The notes below the pieces were generated by a model, which saw nothing but the letters and a program-made list of their open reading frames with translations, made no database searches and was not told the DNA's origin. A stretch of DNA of 64,000 bases, taken from assembly GCA_020536535.1 (NCBI GenBank), contig JAHLWZ010000594.1:1533-65532 (forward strand), given 5' to 3'. Source of the DNA: Pelomyxa schiedti (taxonomy: Eukaryota > Protista > Evosea). Position 1 is the stretch's first letter, and every line of letters starts with the position of its first letter. The position numbers were made by a program, and so were the translations under genes. This document shows, one piece after another, positions 38,449 through 51,495 of this stretch.

Positions 38449-41121
38449 TTAATTCATCACTGGAGCAGGCTCAACAACAGCAACGGGCTCTGCAACAGGT
38501 ACAACAGGCTCCTCAACGGCAACAGCGGCCTCTACTGGTGACATGACAATGCTGGCAACAGCAGTAGCAGCGCCGGATGCGAAGATTGGGTACAGCACAA
38601 GGGTGATTGTGCTCAGAAGCTTGACAAGAACGTGCAAGCTAGGGCCGGCTGTGTCCTTGCATGGGTCACCAACGGTATCACCGGTAACAGCGGCCTTGTG
38701 TGCCTCGCTCTTCTTTCCACCAAAGCCACCTGTTCGGAATTAGTTGCGGAATTGGAGTGGTGCTTGGGAATTCATACCGGCTCCGGTCTCGATGAGCTTC
38801 TTGGCATTGTCCCAGGCACCTCCGGCATTGTTGAGGAAGAGACCAACGAGGATTCCTCCAATGGTGGCGCACATAAGAAGGGAAGCGAGAGCCTGAGCGC
38901 CCAAGTTGGGTCGAGCGCTGACCATTCCGACGACGCGGAAGAAGAGTCCAGTGCCGATTGGTACTCCGAGGACCAAGAGGCAAGGGAGAACCATCTCCTT
39001 GAGGGCACCACGTGTGACAATGGCGACGCAGGTACCGTACTCGGGCTTCTCAGTTCCGAGAAGAATGCCTGGTTTCTCCTTGAATTGTCTGCGTACCTAC
39101 GGAGCAAGTCAGAATTTTGTGTTTGGGAAAAAAAATAATGGAAGATACCTCAATGACAATGAGTTGAGCGGTTCGTCCAACAGCCTGGATTGCCATTGAG
39201 CTGAAGAAGAACACCAAGGCAACACCAATCAGGCCACCGACGAAGATCTCAGGAACGCTCAAGTCGATGATCTTGATGGAGCTATCGCCAGTGTAGGCTT
39301 GAATGTTGTCCAAGAAGGCGCTGAACAAAAGGAAGCTGGCAAGAGCGGCGCTGCCTACAGCGTAACCCTTGGTAAGAGCCTTGGTTGTATTTCCGACGGC
39401 ATCGAGTCGATCCACACGGTTTCTAACCTCGGGATCTGTGAAGGATGTAAGTCATCCGGGTAGACACTCCTTGAAACATACCACAGCCAGAAAACTCGGC
39501 AATACCACCAGCGTTATCAGAGATGGGTCCAAAGGTGTCCATGGCCAAGACAAAGCCGACGCTAATAAGCATGCCCATGGTGGCAACGGCGGTACCATAG
39601 ATACCGGATGTCTTAGTATCCTCAAGACCGGTGGTGGATCCAAGCCAGAATGAGCAAAGAAGAGCAGCGGCGATGCAAATGGTTGGGAGACCAGTGGACT
39701 CCATACCGACAGAGAGACCAGCAATGATGTTGGTGGCGTGTCCCTGGGTAGAAGCAGATGCAATGCTCATGACTGGGCGGTGGTCGCAGTCAGTGTAATA
39801 CTCAGTAATGAAGACGAAGGCGAAGCTGAGGGCAATTCCGATGATTCCACAAAGAGCGAAGTGCCACCAGCACTCGGGGTGAGCAGAGCTGTGAAGAGCA
39901 ATGCGAGCAACAACGACAACGAAGACGCAGCTGAGGGCCAAGGTAAGGAAGTAACCACGGTTCAGGGAAGCAATAGGGTCCTCATCATCAGAAGCAGCAC
40001 TCTCCATAAGTGTTTGGCGGTCAGCGGGTTTGGGATCCTGGACAAATGTTAGGTGATATTACAAGTTGGAGGAACACATACAGTCTTCTTGGCGTGGACG
40101 TAAAGAACACCAATCATTGTGGCGATAAGACCGCAGGCACGGCAGACCAAGGGGAAAAGGATGAAGCTTGCTGGGGAGTCGATGCTTGGGCAAGTCATCA
40201 CAACTGAAGCTCCCAGAATCATAGCACCAATGTTTTCGGCAGCAGTGCTCTCGAAGAGGTCAGCACCACGACCAGCGCAGTCACCAACATTGTCACCTAC
40301 GAGATCAGCAACCACGGCGGGGTTTCGTGGGTCATCCTCAGGGATTCCAGACTCGACTTTGCCAACAAGGTCAGCACCAACATCGGCAGCCTTGGTGTAG
40401 ATACCACCGCCGAGCTGAGCAAACAAGGCAACGAAGCTGGCACCAAAGCCATATCCAACAATGACCAGTGGAGCCTTGACCATGGGCACCCAAGGGAAGC
40501 ACAAGCGAACCAGGGTGTACATGGTAGTCACACCGAAGAGAGACAGAGAAACGATGATCATTCCTGAGAAAGCACCACCCCTCAGGCATGTCTTGATGGC
40601 GTCATCAGCGCTGTGAACAGCGGCTGCAGTAGCACGAACGTTGCAGCGAACGCTGACCCACATTCCGCACCACCCGCTGAGACCAGAGCAGGTAGCACCT
40701 GGGGAAAAACTCAGCAAGATAATCTCAAACAACAACATATATAGGGAGGAGGAAAACGAAAATAACCCAAAGAAAAAAAGAACGAAAGAAAGGGAAAAGA
40801 CTCACCAAGAACGAATGCAACGGCTGTGATGGAAGCCATGGAGAATCGACCAAGTGGTACATCGCTAGAAGCACCACCCCTCAGTCCCAGATAGACGAGG
40901 AAGATAACAACGGCAAACCCGGCAGCAAACATCGAAACGGTTCGGTACTGCACGTTGAGGAACGAGTCAGCGCCCTCGCGGATGGCGGTGGAGACGGCCT
41001 TCATGGCGTCGGTGCCCTCCTCCTTGGCCATAAGCCATTTCAGCAGCCACCAAATGTACCACAGTGAGAAGCCGACGATGCCGAAGACGAGCGTGATGTA
41101 GGCAGCCTCTGCGTATGCCAT
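38449..41121 (-). CDS. hppA: Membrane H+-translocating pyrophosphatase, K+-independent (type II, AVP2-like), multi-exon
   Basis: [77 protein letters not shown] (Lys determinant), GGAWDNAKK and [15 protein letters not shown], with many transmembrane segments. Confidence 0.96.
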
Positions 41122-41625
41122 TTATTCAATTGTATTGATCGAGTATAGCCTACACGGGGAAACACGTAAATAAAAGTGTACGCGAATACAAGTGCTATTA
41201 AACAAAAAACGAAAGCGACAAAAAACGAAAAAAAAAAAAAAAAAAAAACCAACAGGAACTACGAGGGCACTCGCTGTTGCTTGGTTTTTTTTCCTTTCAT
41301 TATTATTTATTTTTTTTTTTAATTGCGATGTGTTGTTTGCCGTGGCTGTGGTACCTTTTTGGCTTGTTTTGCCAAGGAAAATGAATAGGCGCGGGCCGAA
41401 CTCTTAAAAAGAAAAGGAAAATGCAATGTACACAGAAGTTTCCTTCGAAGACTGACACCAGAATTGCAATTGAACTCTTTTCCCTTAAAAATCCGGGTGC
41501 TGATGTCGGTGATGAGAGAAAAACAGGGTAAAAATAACACGTTAAATATTTTTTATCTGCAGTGAGTAGCGTCGAAACGCCACTCAGTTAAACTAACGTC
41601 ACTTAAGGGTTAATATGTGCTGATA

Positions 41626-44600
41626 TCAGCTGTGTCCTGACTTGAAGATTTGTCTGGGGCAATGTGCCGTGGGTGGAGATTTTTCCCCCTCCGGCCCCGG
41701 TTTGTTGTTTGAAGTTGTGGTTGTGGTTGTGGTTGTAGTTGTAGTTGTAGTGGCGATTGATGTGTTTATTGTAGCGTTAGCGGAGTTTGAGTGGTGGTGC
41801 CTGAGGGGGAGTAGCTCGAGGGCTGATGTGGCGGAGATGTGTCTTCTGTGTTGCAGTGGTACGGCCGGATCACCGTCGGTGTCCCGGGAGATTGGGGGTG
41901 GAGTTGTGGACCTCTGTGCGGAGTGGAGCTGAAGAGGTGGCATTGTTAGGGGTGTTGAGGTCCGCAGGAGCGGCCCGACAACTGCCGGGTTTGTTTGAAC
42001 AACTGGTGATGAGGGTTCTGAGGAGATGTGGACTTGCCGGATGGCATTGGATGAGGAGACGCTGCCGGAAAATTTGCCTTTGCAGACGGAGGAAAGTACT
42101 CTGTGCCATGAGGAGCATGTGAAGGGGCTCCTTGCCGTGAGAGTGATGGTTGTCTGAAGTGATGTCGAGTGGAGCGAGAAACTGGTGCTGGACATCCTTT
42201 TGAAGAAGGTGCTCACAGTCGGTATTGTATACCGGGGATGATGGTGCGACTAAAAGGTGTTAATATTGAGTAAGTTAGGTGTGGCACTACCTTGATGGAT
42301 GAGTAAATAAGCATTTGTTGAGGAAACACAGTACACCACATCCATCTACTAGTTACTTTTCCCTTTTTCTGTAACATTCCTTCCATAAGGGGGCTCTCAC
42401 TGGTGTTAAAAAATTCGAGAGGTGCATCCTGAATCTGGGTATAGAGATGCTCAAGAAGATCCCTAGATTTTTTGAACTTGCGGTAAACTTTGGGAAGGAA
42501 TACCGTGGGAAATCAGTTTGATTTGAATTGCTGCGGGAATTGCTCTCTACCCACTGAGACATAGAAATTTTGGCGAGAGCATTTGCATTATGTAGAGCAC
42601 TGTTCAGCATGACAATAGAGTACGCTAATGCACAGACCGCATCCGAATTTCCAAACATTTCTTGAACTTCCTCAATGGATTCGTGGACCCGGGAAGAATA
42701 AGCTCGGAGTAATCTATAAATCAATGATTTACAAAGTAATCGAAAGGGAGAAAATACCTGTCAATCCGTTGTCCTTCACTGGGGAGTGAGAAGAAACGTA
42801 GCCAGTGCCTAAGCGACATCTCCAAGTCACGTCCACTGAAGTCAACCAACTTGATGTAGGCCTGCAACAAATCGGTCTGGTCACTTGCAGAGATGAGGTC
42901 ACCAACTGTACCAGGATCGAGTTGATGTTTATGCCTGTGAAGGAAGGAGGCTATTCCTCCAGGGGAGGTGGGGAAACTCTCCTTCACTGCAACTGCTTCT
43001 ATGGCACTAAGAGGTTTCATTTTGAACAATCTCAACGTTTCTTCATCCAACGGCTTGCTGCATACTTCAGATGAACTAGGAGTTGAGTAAGAGGAGGTCT
43101 GAGATTGTGAGCAACTGGAACCGGAGGAAGATACAGATGACTGTGAGGAAGTGGAACTGGTACGTAAGGATCGAGGAGATATGGATGTAAGGGGAGGAGA
43201 CCGGAGTACTATGGGAGGTGTTGCATGTGCTGAGGAAGTGGACTGAGATGAGTTTCTGGGAGAGGGGACCCCAGAATCAGATTCAAGGCTCGTGGCAGAT
43301 TCTATGCTCGTAGATTGTGCTGTAGTTGGTGGGGTTGGTCGTGGGGATATGCTTTCTGATGACCGTTTGGCAATTGACTGCGTGAGTAATAGAGGCGGTA
43401 GTTGCCCCACCGGAGTGCATAAATCCGTTTCGGTGGCAAAATAGTCTCTGCACTTCAAATGAAGGATTACATCCAAGCATTCTAAAATGGGGTTAACTCT
43501 CTGCCTTACTGGAGGGGAATTTAAATATACGTTTGCATTGGAGGGCTTCTTTTGAAGAGAGAGGTTTATTGCATACACAGCAAACTGATTGCTGTGTGAC
43601 AGGTAACATCTCGAGGATGTGAGGACCGGAGTGTGTATCCCAGATGCAGACCTTGCCTTCATCACTTCCTGATAAAATTTAGAGGGGGAAAGCAATTACA
43701 ACTGGACAACCACTCCAAACTTGGCAATTAGACTTAGAAGGTACTTGCAGCAGGCATCTCATTGTACCGCTGTACTCATTTGAAAATTCTTGTAGACATC
43801 CTCTTGTCTAGAGATATGAATGTCAGTTGTAGTGGTTTTTAATGGGTGCGTACCCTAACATCCCAAATTTTGATTTTCTAGGCAAAGTAAGCTCCACAAA
43901 TAGAGAAATCGGCTCTACCTTATCCCAGGAGCAACCCCACACTCGTAATCCAAGACATAATAGATCACTAATTTGGCAAGCGCTTATTACTCCTTTCAGG
44001 GTACGATTCTATAGAAGTAAGTGAAAGGGAAATGCACGTGAAACTCACATGTGCATCCCAGATAATTATAGTGTCGTTGCCTTAAAATACAATTAGTTTA
44101 TAACGCTTTTGTAGAGGTTACCATGGGAGCTCCAAATTTCATCTGTCGAAGGTAATCTCCCCTTTACCGTAACCATAGAACTAACAGATGTTTTTTCTCG
44201 TCGCTGTTCAGAGATTTTGAAAGTCTTGGGAGGATGGGATGAGTAGTTTCCCTAATTTGAAGAAGGCAACCTTGGCATCGCACATATAAATTCCTTGAGG
44301 CGTCCCAATCCATACAGTGGATCCTTGCACAACCATCTTGGACACAAGCGTGTGAAAGTTTATTACTTTTAGGCACTCAAAAGTCTGGTCTAAGTCAGAG
44401 AAGGAAGTGTGGCTACAATTACCTTGGGAGACCAGACGCAAATTTTCTGGTCAGCAGCATAGGACCAAACGGTTTTATTATTGACATTCAAAATTGCTGT
44501 TATTGGTCCTTTCTTATGCCCAGAGAGCAATTGCCCATAGGGTGTATAAATCTTGAAACTGTGAATCAAATTGGAAATAATGTAAAAGCGTACCACATTG

Positions 44601-46980
44601 AACACCCTTAAAAGATGGTCATCAGAGGCAACCCATACAAAGGGATCAAGTGAGGTCATGGCTCTCACTGGCGGTACTGGATACTCTATTCCAGTTGGAG
44701 TGTGATCCTGCTGGAAATGAAAAAAAATGAACAAAAGATAATCGCTATACCTCTCTGTTGAATAATTTGACAGTCCCTGGTTTTCGGCCACTACCGAGAA
44801 GAATGAACTTATTGCAAATGGTCATGCATGTTATTGGCCCTGGTGTGTTGAAGTGCTCTAGGGGTTGTTCGAGTTTTTGTTCTGGTTCTGGTGCCTTATT
44901 TCATGCCTATATATGTAACCCTTTTTAAAAAGGTAAATTTGTACCTTGGGAGTTGTTTGGACTGTCTGAAGGAATTCTTGTACTATTTGGGAACCCCGAG
45001 AGTTTGCTAAAATTCCCGCTGACGGGCTACCCACGGGTTCCTCTATTCTAACTTTCAGATCTTTGGCTTCAGATGCTGGAGCGGCACAGGTTACAGTAGA
45101 TTTTGGTGTGGCTGTCTGGAGGTCCTTGTCTTCTTGATCCCTAAATGATGGCGGAGACAATATCCCCAAAATATGACAGTTTTGCATCAATTTCCTCCCC
45201 AGTTCATAAACTTTGACTTCCCAGTCATCATGTAATCTTCTGCTGTACATGTACTGTTTGTATTCAAGTGGGGAGGCACAGGGATCCAATGATGGTGGTT
45301 GTGGAGGCTGGGAGGGGGATATTTTTCGAGCAAGCTCGTGCCATTGTGAAGCTGTTGGTACTGAGCTGGGTGCTTGCATATTTCTAAGGGAAGCCACTCT
45401 GCGATAGCACTTGGGGGAAATGGGAGGAGGAGCAGCAGGTGGTGGTATGCACTAGTGTATTGAGTGAGGTCTGTTTTAATTCTTGTCAATACCTCATCTA
45501 TGGCTGACATCATAGTCCTAAGGGCTTGAATAACCTCTGTTTTAGGAGGTCTTAGGAGACGGCTGCGATGCAATGGTGGCAGACAATCTATTGCTTGCTA
45601 TTTGAGTCAGAAACAAACAGCTGCAATAGTGTATTACATCAGCAACAGAACCTAGCTTGGCTCGCAGCAGGGAAACAGCTTCATCCATTAAATTGTTGTC
45701 ATTCTTTTCGTCCTCTATTTGCTTATTCATTTTATTTTGTGCATCTTTCACGTTGACAAGTAAGGCTTGAACTTTTTTCTCTTTAGCTTCATCTAGGGGT
45801 GGGAAAAGGTTATTAAGGTATGGGGTAAAATGACGAAAATACAGGAATCAAAAGTTTCCTGAAGTTCAGCTTCTAAATCGGCTTTTTCTTGAACAATTGC
45901 CTCTTTTTCTTGTAAGAGACCAATTACCTTCTGGGTCAGGTAGTCCCTTTCTTCGAGCAGTTGTTGTTCTAATGTACTGTTAGGAAATCGCAATACAAAA
46001 AATACTACCTCGTGGAGAATCATCTTCTACCATTTCCACAGCACTTATGCGGCCCCCTTTGATTTGGAATTTGAATTTGATTTGCTGATCAGAGTCAATT
46101 TGAATCTGTACAAGTGAATCGACTTGTGGTGTTTTGCTCATACACACTGGTAAGGCTGCAGCTTCTGGCTTTAATTGAAGCTCATTCATACGTTGTAAGA
46201 CAGAGGAGTGTGCCTTTTTTTCGGTTTCAAGTTCCATGTTCAGCAGTTTATTTGTCTAGTGGCCGTCAATGTGGCAAAGTGATGTTGAACTAATGCCTGT
46301 TCAATTGAGGCAAGTTCTTCAAGTAAACTTTGGAGTTTATTTACAGTTTGCTCACTCATTTTTTCTTTACTTTGCCTTTCTTCAACCAGTTGCTAGATAA
46401 AGGTGAGGAATTGTACGAAATAGAAAAATAGAAACCAGTTCAAGTTGGTCAATGCGTTTACTTTCGCGCTCACGTACTTCCTCCATAATCCTTTTCTATC
46501 ATTTAGAAAGGTTTGTAAACAGTTGTAGGATACCGCTGGTAGCTTGTTATCTGGTCAATTAAGCTGGTAATAGTTTCCTGGCACTGAGCTACTTTCTGTG
46601 TTTCCAGTACTAACTTCTCCTCGACTGTGTAAGACTCCCCCCCACCTATGTCAGGTCAAATGAGTTACAACTTGAGAAAGTCAAACTCTCTGAGCCACTG
46701 TCAGAGATGTTATCTGTGATACAAATAAGTTACAATGGAATAATCTGGGGGAAGCAAACATGCCCTCGTTTTCGCTGCTTTGGTCAGACGAGGTAGCAGA
46801 GGAAACTGAAAATAAGGACACACTTCGTGGGAGTGCCCTTGCATCTTCTGAAACAAAGACGTAAGAAAACAAATCACGCGAGGCAAGAAAAAAACCAGTG
46901 GACACAATGTCCACGTCAGCGTCAGTGTCACTGGTACTCCTCTCTCGTTGACCAACTATCCCTGTGCCACCTCCACTCAT
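41626..46980 (-). CDS. Large ArfGEF: coiled coil + beta-propeller-like region + Sec7 + PH, multi-exon (could be two genes)
   Basis: Sec7 motif 1 LRHWLRFFSLPSEGQRIDR (catalytic Glu kept) and motif 2 LAYSIVMLNSALHN. PH-like GMLQKKGK...SSWHRVL. Upstream WD-like strands (VWVASDDHLLRVF, VWSYAADQKICVW) and heptad-rich exons. Confidence 0.65.
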
Positions 46981-47296
46981 CTCACCAACACAAACCAACC
47001 CACCCTCCTCAACTGTGGTCCGTTGTTTATGTTTCAATAATGAGATCTCAAACACAACAATTAACGAGTGGCACCCGCGCCGGGCTATTACTCCCAACAA
47101 CCAAGCTCGTTTGCCCCGCTGTCCAACTTCAGCTAAACAGCCTTGACTGATTGATGTTCCGGAAAGGTGAAAAAGACTCAGAGAGTTCCCGGTTTATTAT
47201 TACAAACTGTACTAATCGTTTGCGGCGTTGCGTTGAAGTTTCCGAACAAACAAACGTGCACAGCGACCCATAATTGTGCAATAGGCAGGCGTTGGG

Positions 47297-47980
47297 ATGT
47301 GGGAGTACCTTGGGGAGGGTGCTGTTATTGGCCTGGCAGTTGGTTGTGCAGTTCTTGGTTTCATAGTGATGTGCGTCATTACTTGCCTGTGTGCCAACAA
47401 AATTGAGGGTTATGATGTTAAGGTTTGTTGGAAAGAGGCCTCCTTATTTTGAAAATACAATGTAATAAGCATAGGAGCATGGTGGGGAGTGTATTATCTG
47501 CAATCCGGCACCGAAACCATCGGGCTTGGGACTGTGCTTCCTCTGGTGGCCTTTTTTACTCCTCACTTCCTGTTGCACACTGATTTCCATTGGACTGGCA
47601 ATCGGTCTGGTGCTTGCACTAAGTGTGCTTTTGTCTCCTTTGATCTCACAAGTAATCTTTGGTGCACAGAGACCCAGACCATCCAGCTTGTTACGGGACT
47701 GATCGTTGGTGTAACCATTGGCTCAGTTATTTTCTTTGTGAGTGTCACCATGCTGATAACCTGGAATGCTGGTAGTTGTTTCACTGGCAAGTTGCCTGCC
47801 TGATCATTGCTCTTGAACCAACTGGCACTGAAAACTGCTGGCTAAGCTGAATTTTGTACAACATGGAACACCATCATTGTTCCCTCTGTGTTTGTATCCC
47901 TCACAATGTCATTAAGTTGGTGAAGTGGCCTGTGTTTGTACTTCTCACCTCAGTTTCACTGAACGGATTCCACCCAAGGA
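47297..47980 (+). CDS. Small multi-pass Cys-containing membrane protein, multi-exon, unknown function
   Basis: MWEYLGEGAVIGLAVGCAVLGFIVMCVITCLCANK|EHGGECIIC...FLWWPFLLL...|...LIVGVTIGSVIFFVSVTMLITW joined by GT-AG introns. The 3' end is approximate. Confidence 0.45.
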
Positions 47981-48010
47981 GGGTTACGTAACGAAGGCAT
48001 ACACACTTTG

Positions 48011-49540
48011 ATGGGCCTTAGCACCAGCGTCCCAGAGACGCGACGTCCCGGTGGTCGTGGGCCCACGCCCTGCGACCGCCACACTTTCAACACCACCGAC
48101 CTCGGCTGGCGCCAGCAGGTCCTGGCCTTCCTCGCGTCGACGCACCCCCGCTGCGGCCGCCACAGCCCAGCCCGCCTCCTGCTCCCCCAAGGCGCCCCGC
48201 TCCTCCGCCTCTTCGTGTCCGCCTGGCTCGCCCCCGCCCACTCGCTGATCCTCACGTGGGACCAGCTCCGCCTCGACCCCCGGGCCCCGCACGACCTCCT
48301 GGCCAGTTCCACCAGCTCGGCGCTGCTCCGCGTGTCCCGCGGGACCCTCGGCGTCGTTGGGCCCCCGGCGCTGCTGGTGCCCCGTTGTGCCCCGGGTACC
48401 ATTGCGGAGGTCCTCGCGTGGATCGACGGCACGCACTGCGTGGCCATTCTGCAGGCGGAGGAGATTTTTGGGCCACAGATGCTGTGCGTGAGGGATACTG
48501 TCCGCATGGTCAACACGCCACTCAATGTCCTTGCGGTGAAGGGGACAGTATATGTTGTGTGCAACAGGCAGTGGGTGTCATTTGTTCCCAGCGAGTCTAT
48601 GTTGCTGGTGTGGAAGCTATCTGCTGATTGTGTGGATGGGCAGCAGGGCGTGGTTGCCCCTGTTGCGTTGTCGGGAATCATGGCAGCCTCACACTCACAG
48701 GGAAATGGTGACCTCTTTTTTGAAAGAGATGGGGAGGAGACCGGCGATTATGGTGATGTGATTGGCGATGATTGTGATGAGATTGGTGATGAGATTGGCG
48801 ATGGTGGTGATGAGATTGGCGATGATGGTGATGTTGAGGGAGAGGAAAGTGACACAGAAAATTACACGCCGCTACACAACCTGCATGTGGTGAGGTTCTA
48901 TTCCGATAATGTACTCTTGTGTTGGGGCACTAGGGGACCCAGGGACGGTTCTCGAGTCTGCTGTTATCTTTTGGATGTGCCCAAGTCATTCCAGGCCACA
49001 AAGATGGTTCCACAAACTGAATTTGAGTTCCTATTGACGCAGCCAGGCTACACAATTGAGAGTTTGGATTTATGGCTGTTCCATGAATCGCAATTCCAAG
49101 ACAGAGTGGTTGTTGTTGGCTCTCAGAGTACTGAAACCACCTCCCTGTTTGCCGTAGAGCACCACGTGCCGTCCTCCTCCCCACCACCTCCTCATCAGCA
49201 ACCACAGAAACATCTACAACAATTACGTGCAATCACACTGTGTGACTCGATCAAATCAGTGGCCTTTGCAGGGAGTTTCTTTGCGTTTGTGACCGAGGGG
49301 AACCCCACGCAGGCACAGGTTCACAGGGCCAGTGACCCGATTCCATCACCACCACACATTGTGATTGACTTGGTTTGTGTTGGTGCTAATGTTTCCTCAG
49401 CGGGTCAGTTCCTAGTTGTTCTCAAGCCCCGTCACATTCAAGTCCTTGACCCAGACACTGGGGTTGTCATTGTCACACTGACACCACTCCATGATGGTTC
49501 TGTAAACACCATCATTTCTCCCCACCAACAAAATGCCTAA
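48011..49540 (+). CDS. Uncharacterised intronless 'HPRCG' family protein, divergent copy 6 (509 aa)
   Basis: MGLSTS start, RQQVLAFLASTHPRCGRHSPARLL, central acidic DEIGD repeats and a beta-rich C-terminus. Confidence 0.85.
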   Translation: MGLSTSVPETRRPGGRGPTPCDRHTFNTTDLGWRQQVLAFLASTHPRCGRHSPARLLLPQGAPLLRLFVSAWLAPAHSLILTWDQLRLDPRAPHDLLASSTSSALLRVSRGTLGVVGPPALLVPRCAPGTIAEVLAWIDGTHCVAILQAEEIFGPQMLCVRDTVRMVNTPLNVLAVKGTVYVVCNRQWVSFVPSESMLLVWKLSADCVDGQQGVVAPVALSGIMAASHSQGNGDLFFERDGEETGDYGDVIGDDCDEIGDEIGDGGDEIGDDGDVEGEESDTENYTPLHNLHVVRFYSDNVLLCWGTRGPRDGSRVCCYLLDVPKSFQATKMVPQTEFEFLLTQPGYTIESLDLWLFHESQFQDRVVVVGSQSTETTSLFAVEHHVPSSSPPPPHQQPQKHLQQLRAITLCDSIKSVAFAGSFFAFVTEGNPTQAQVHRASDPIPSPPHIVIDLVCVGANVSSAGQFLVVLKPRHIQVLDPDTGVVIVTLTPLHDGSVNTIISPHQQNA

Positions 49541-49684
49541 CATTGGTAGGGAGAAATGATGGTGTTTACAGAACCATTTCCCAGATAAAACAATTGTCTG
49601 AATTATGGCTTGTTTCCGTGGTGTGATTTGGGTTTTTTGGCAAATGGTTGGTATTTGTATTTGTATTTGTGTTGAATAGACTAG

Positions 49685-51189
49685 TTACATTCGCATTGAC
49701 ATGGAGGGAAGGTAGATACCACCGGATCTGTGCAGGTTGGGGTTGTAGGCGGATGGGGGTGGGGATGGTGAGTGTGCACTGAATGAGTTGTTGTATGACT
49801 GTGCTGGTGCAAACGGCGCGGCTGAGAGCGATGTGACTAGGGTGGATGCCGATACTGCTACTTGCTGCTGGGATTGCTGTGCCTGCTCTTGTGCGGGTAG
49901 AAGGTTGCTAAATCCATAGAGGCAGCAGCAGTATTTGGCCTCGTCGATTTTGTTGTCAAAAAACTGCCACTGGATTTTAAAGAATAGCTCGCTGGTCAGT
50001 AGGCTGTCGCTACCAGCTTGGTGCTGTGGCCCAATGCGTTTCACCTGTCCGCAGTTGTTGGGTATTGGATGGCAGAAAAGAAGGAACCTCTAAGTAATTG
50101 GCGATATCCTGAAGACCTTTTTGCGGGAACATGGTAAGATTGTCCGCAATGATATATTTTATGTCGTAGTATCTTTCCTGTTATCAGTGTGTATTGACAT
50201 AATTTCAAGTAAACTACCTTGGGAAATATGTTTTAACTAAGTCGAAAAACCCCGATTCTTCGGCAGGAAGAGGGGAGCATGTGAGGATCTAGGTAGTGTA
50301 AGTCGGTAAATTTTTCCTAACAAAGCACCTTAATCAAGTACCCGAAGTCATAGCCACTATGGAAGGAGAGCCAAGAGACATTGTCACAAAGAACTAATCC
50401 GCTTGCCATAAGAAGCTCTCCGAAGTCAGCTACATCAATGCCCATTGCTTCATTTTTGTCGAACTCGATGCCGGAAGTAACAAGCAGGTCGATGGAATCA
50501 GCCGCATACATGTCCTCCCTGGTGAAAATTAGGTGAAAAATATTTGCCAGGCAAATGTGGTACTTTAGGTTGAACTTGAAGTTGAATTGCCATGTACAAA
50601 CTCCATTGGGGAGTTTCCCGGTGTTGTCAGAAAAGGTAAGCCCGATTTGAATAATCTTGAGTAAATCCACATTGCACCTGCACGCGGGGCCATTCAGCAA
50701 CACAAGCCACGAGAGTGATAGCACTAAATTTAGAAGCAAAATCCACAAGTACCTTAGTCTTTGGTACTGGTAATCAGCCGGGTTCCTGAAAGAGCCCACA
50801 GGCCTAGCAACCACTCCCGGAAATTCAGTATCCTTCATGATGCACATGTTTAAGATACGCCATCAAACTCACACACAACATTGTACAGCGTGACAACATA
50901 AACAAAAGGGGGTCGAAAACAGGAACTGTTACACGCAAAACCAAAACCAAAACCAAACAAAAACCACAGCCACCATTGCGACGCAGGGGTAGTCGTCTAG
51001 TAGCAGCGATATCTTCCTCATCTCGTCGTGGAGGTTGTACGCCCACACGTCGCGGATGCACTCGCCACCAGATCCACCGCCACCATGTTGGTTGTTTGCT
51101 CCGTTGTTGTTGTTGTTGGCACACATCATCATGTTATTCGCCGCCGTCTGTTGCGCGTTGTTGTTGTTGTTCGTAGTCCTGCCTGACAT
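49685..51189 (-). CDS. CNOT7: CAF1/POP2/CNOT7-8 DEDD deadenylase, multi-exon
   Basis: IRDVWAYNL, VAM|DTEFPGVVARP, CNVDLLKIIQIGLT, WQFNF, FHSGYDFGYL, RIGPQHQAGSDSLLT. Confidence 0.96.
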
Positions 51190-51495
51190 AGGTTGATCGG
51201 GATCTGTTTAGTCGATTTGCCAAGTGATGAGGGACTCCAAGTTGGGCAGGCTCCAGTCCCCATGATCGCTGCTCATTCAGAAGAGCGGCGAGAGAAGGAC
51301 GCACATTTGTTGTGGGAAGCTACCAGAGGATCGGAAGGGAACCGAAGCTCTTTCTTCTTCGGTTAGCGCTTCAAGGAAGGTTCTTTGAGAGAAACTAAAA
51401 AAAAAACGAAGGCAAAAAAAACAAAAGAAAAACACGGTTGACAGTTGAGAGGGTGCCGGACGAACCTGTGATAAATCAGTAAATAAACAAAAAAC

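Noticed and set aside
51222-51285. Possible C/D snoRNA (GTGATGA box C-like on the plus strand)
   Set aside because: No properly placed CTGA box D or terminal stem was found.
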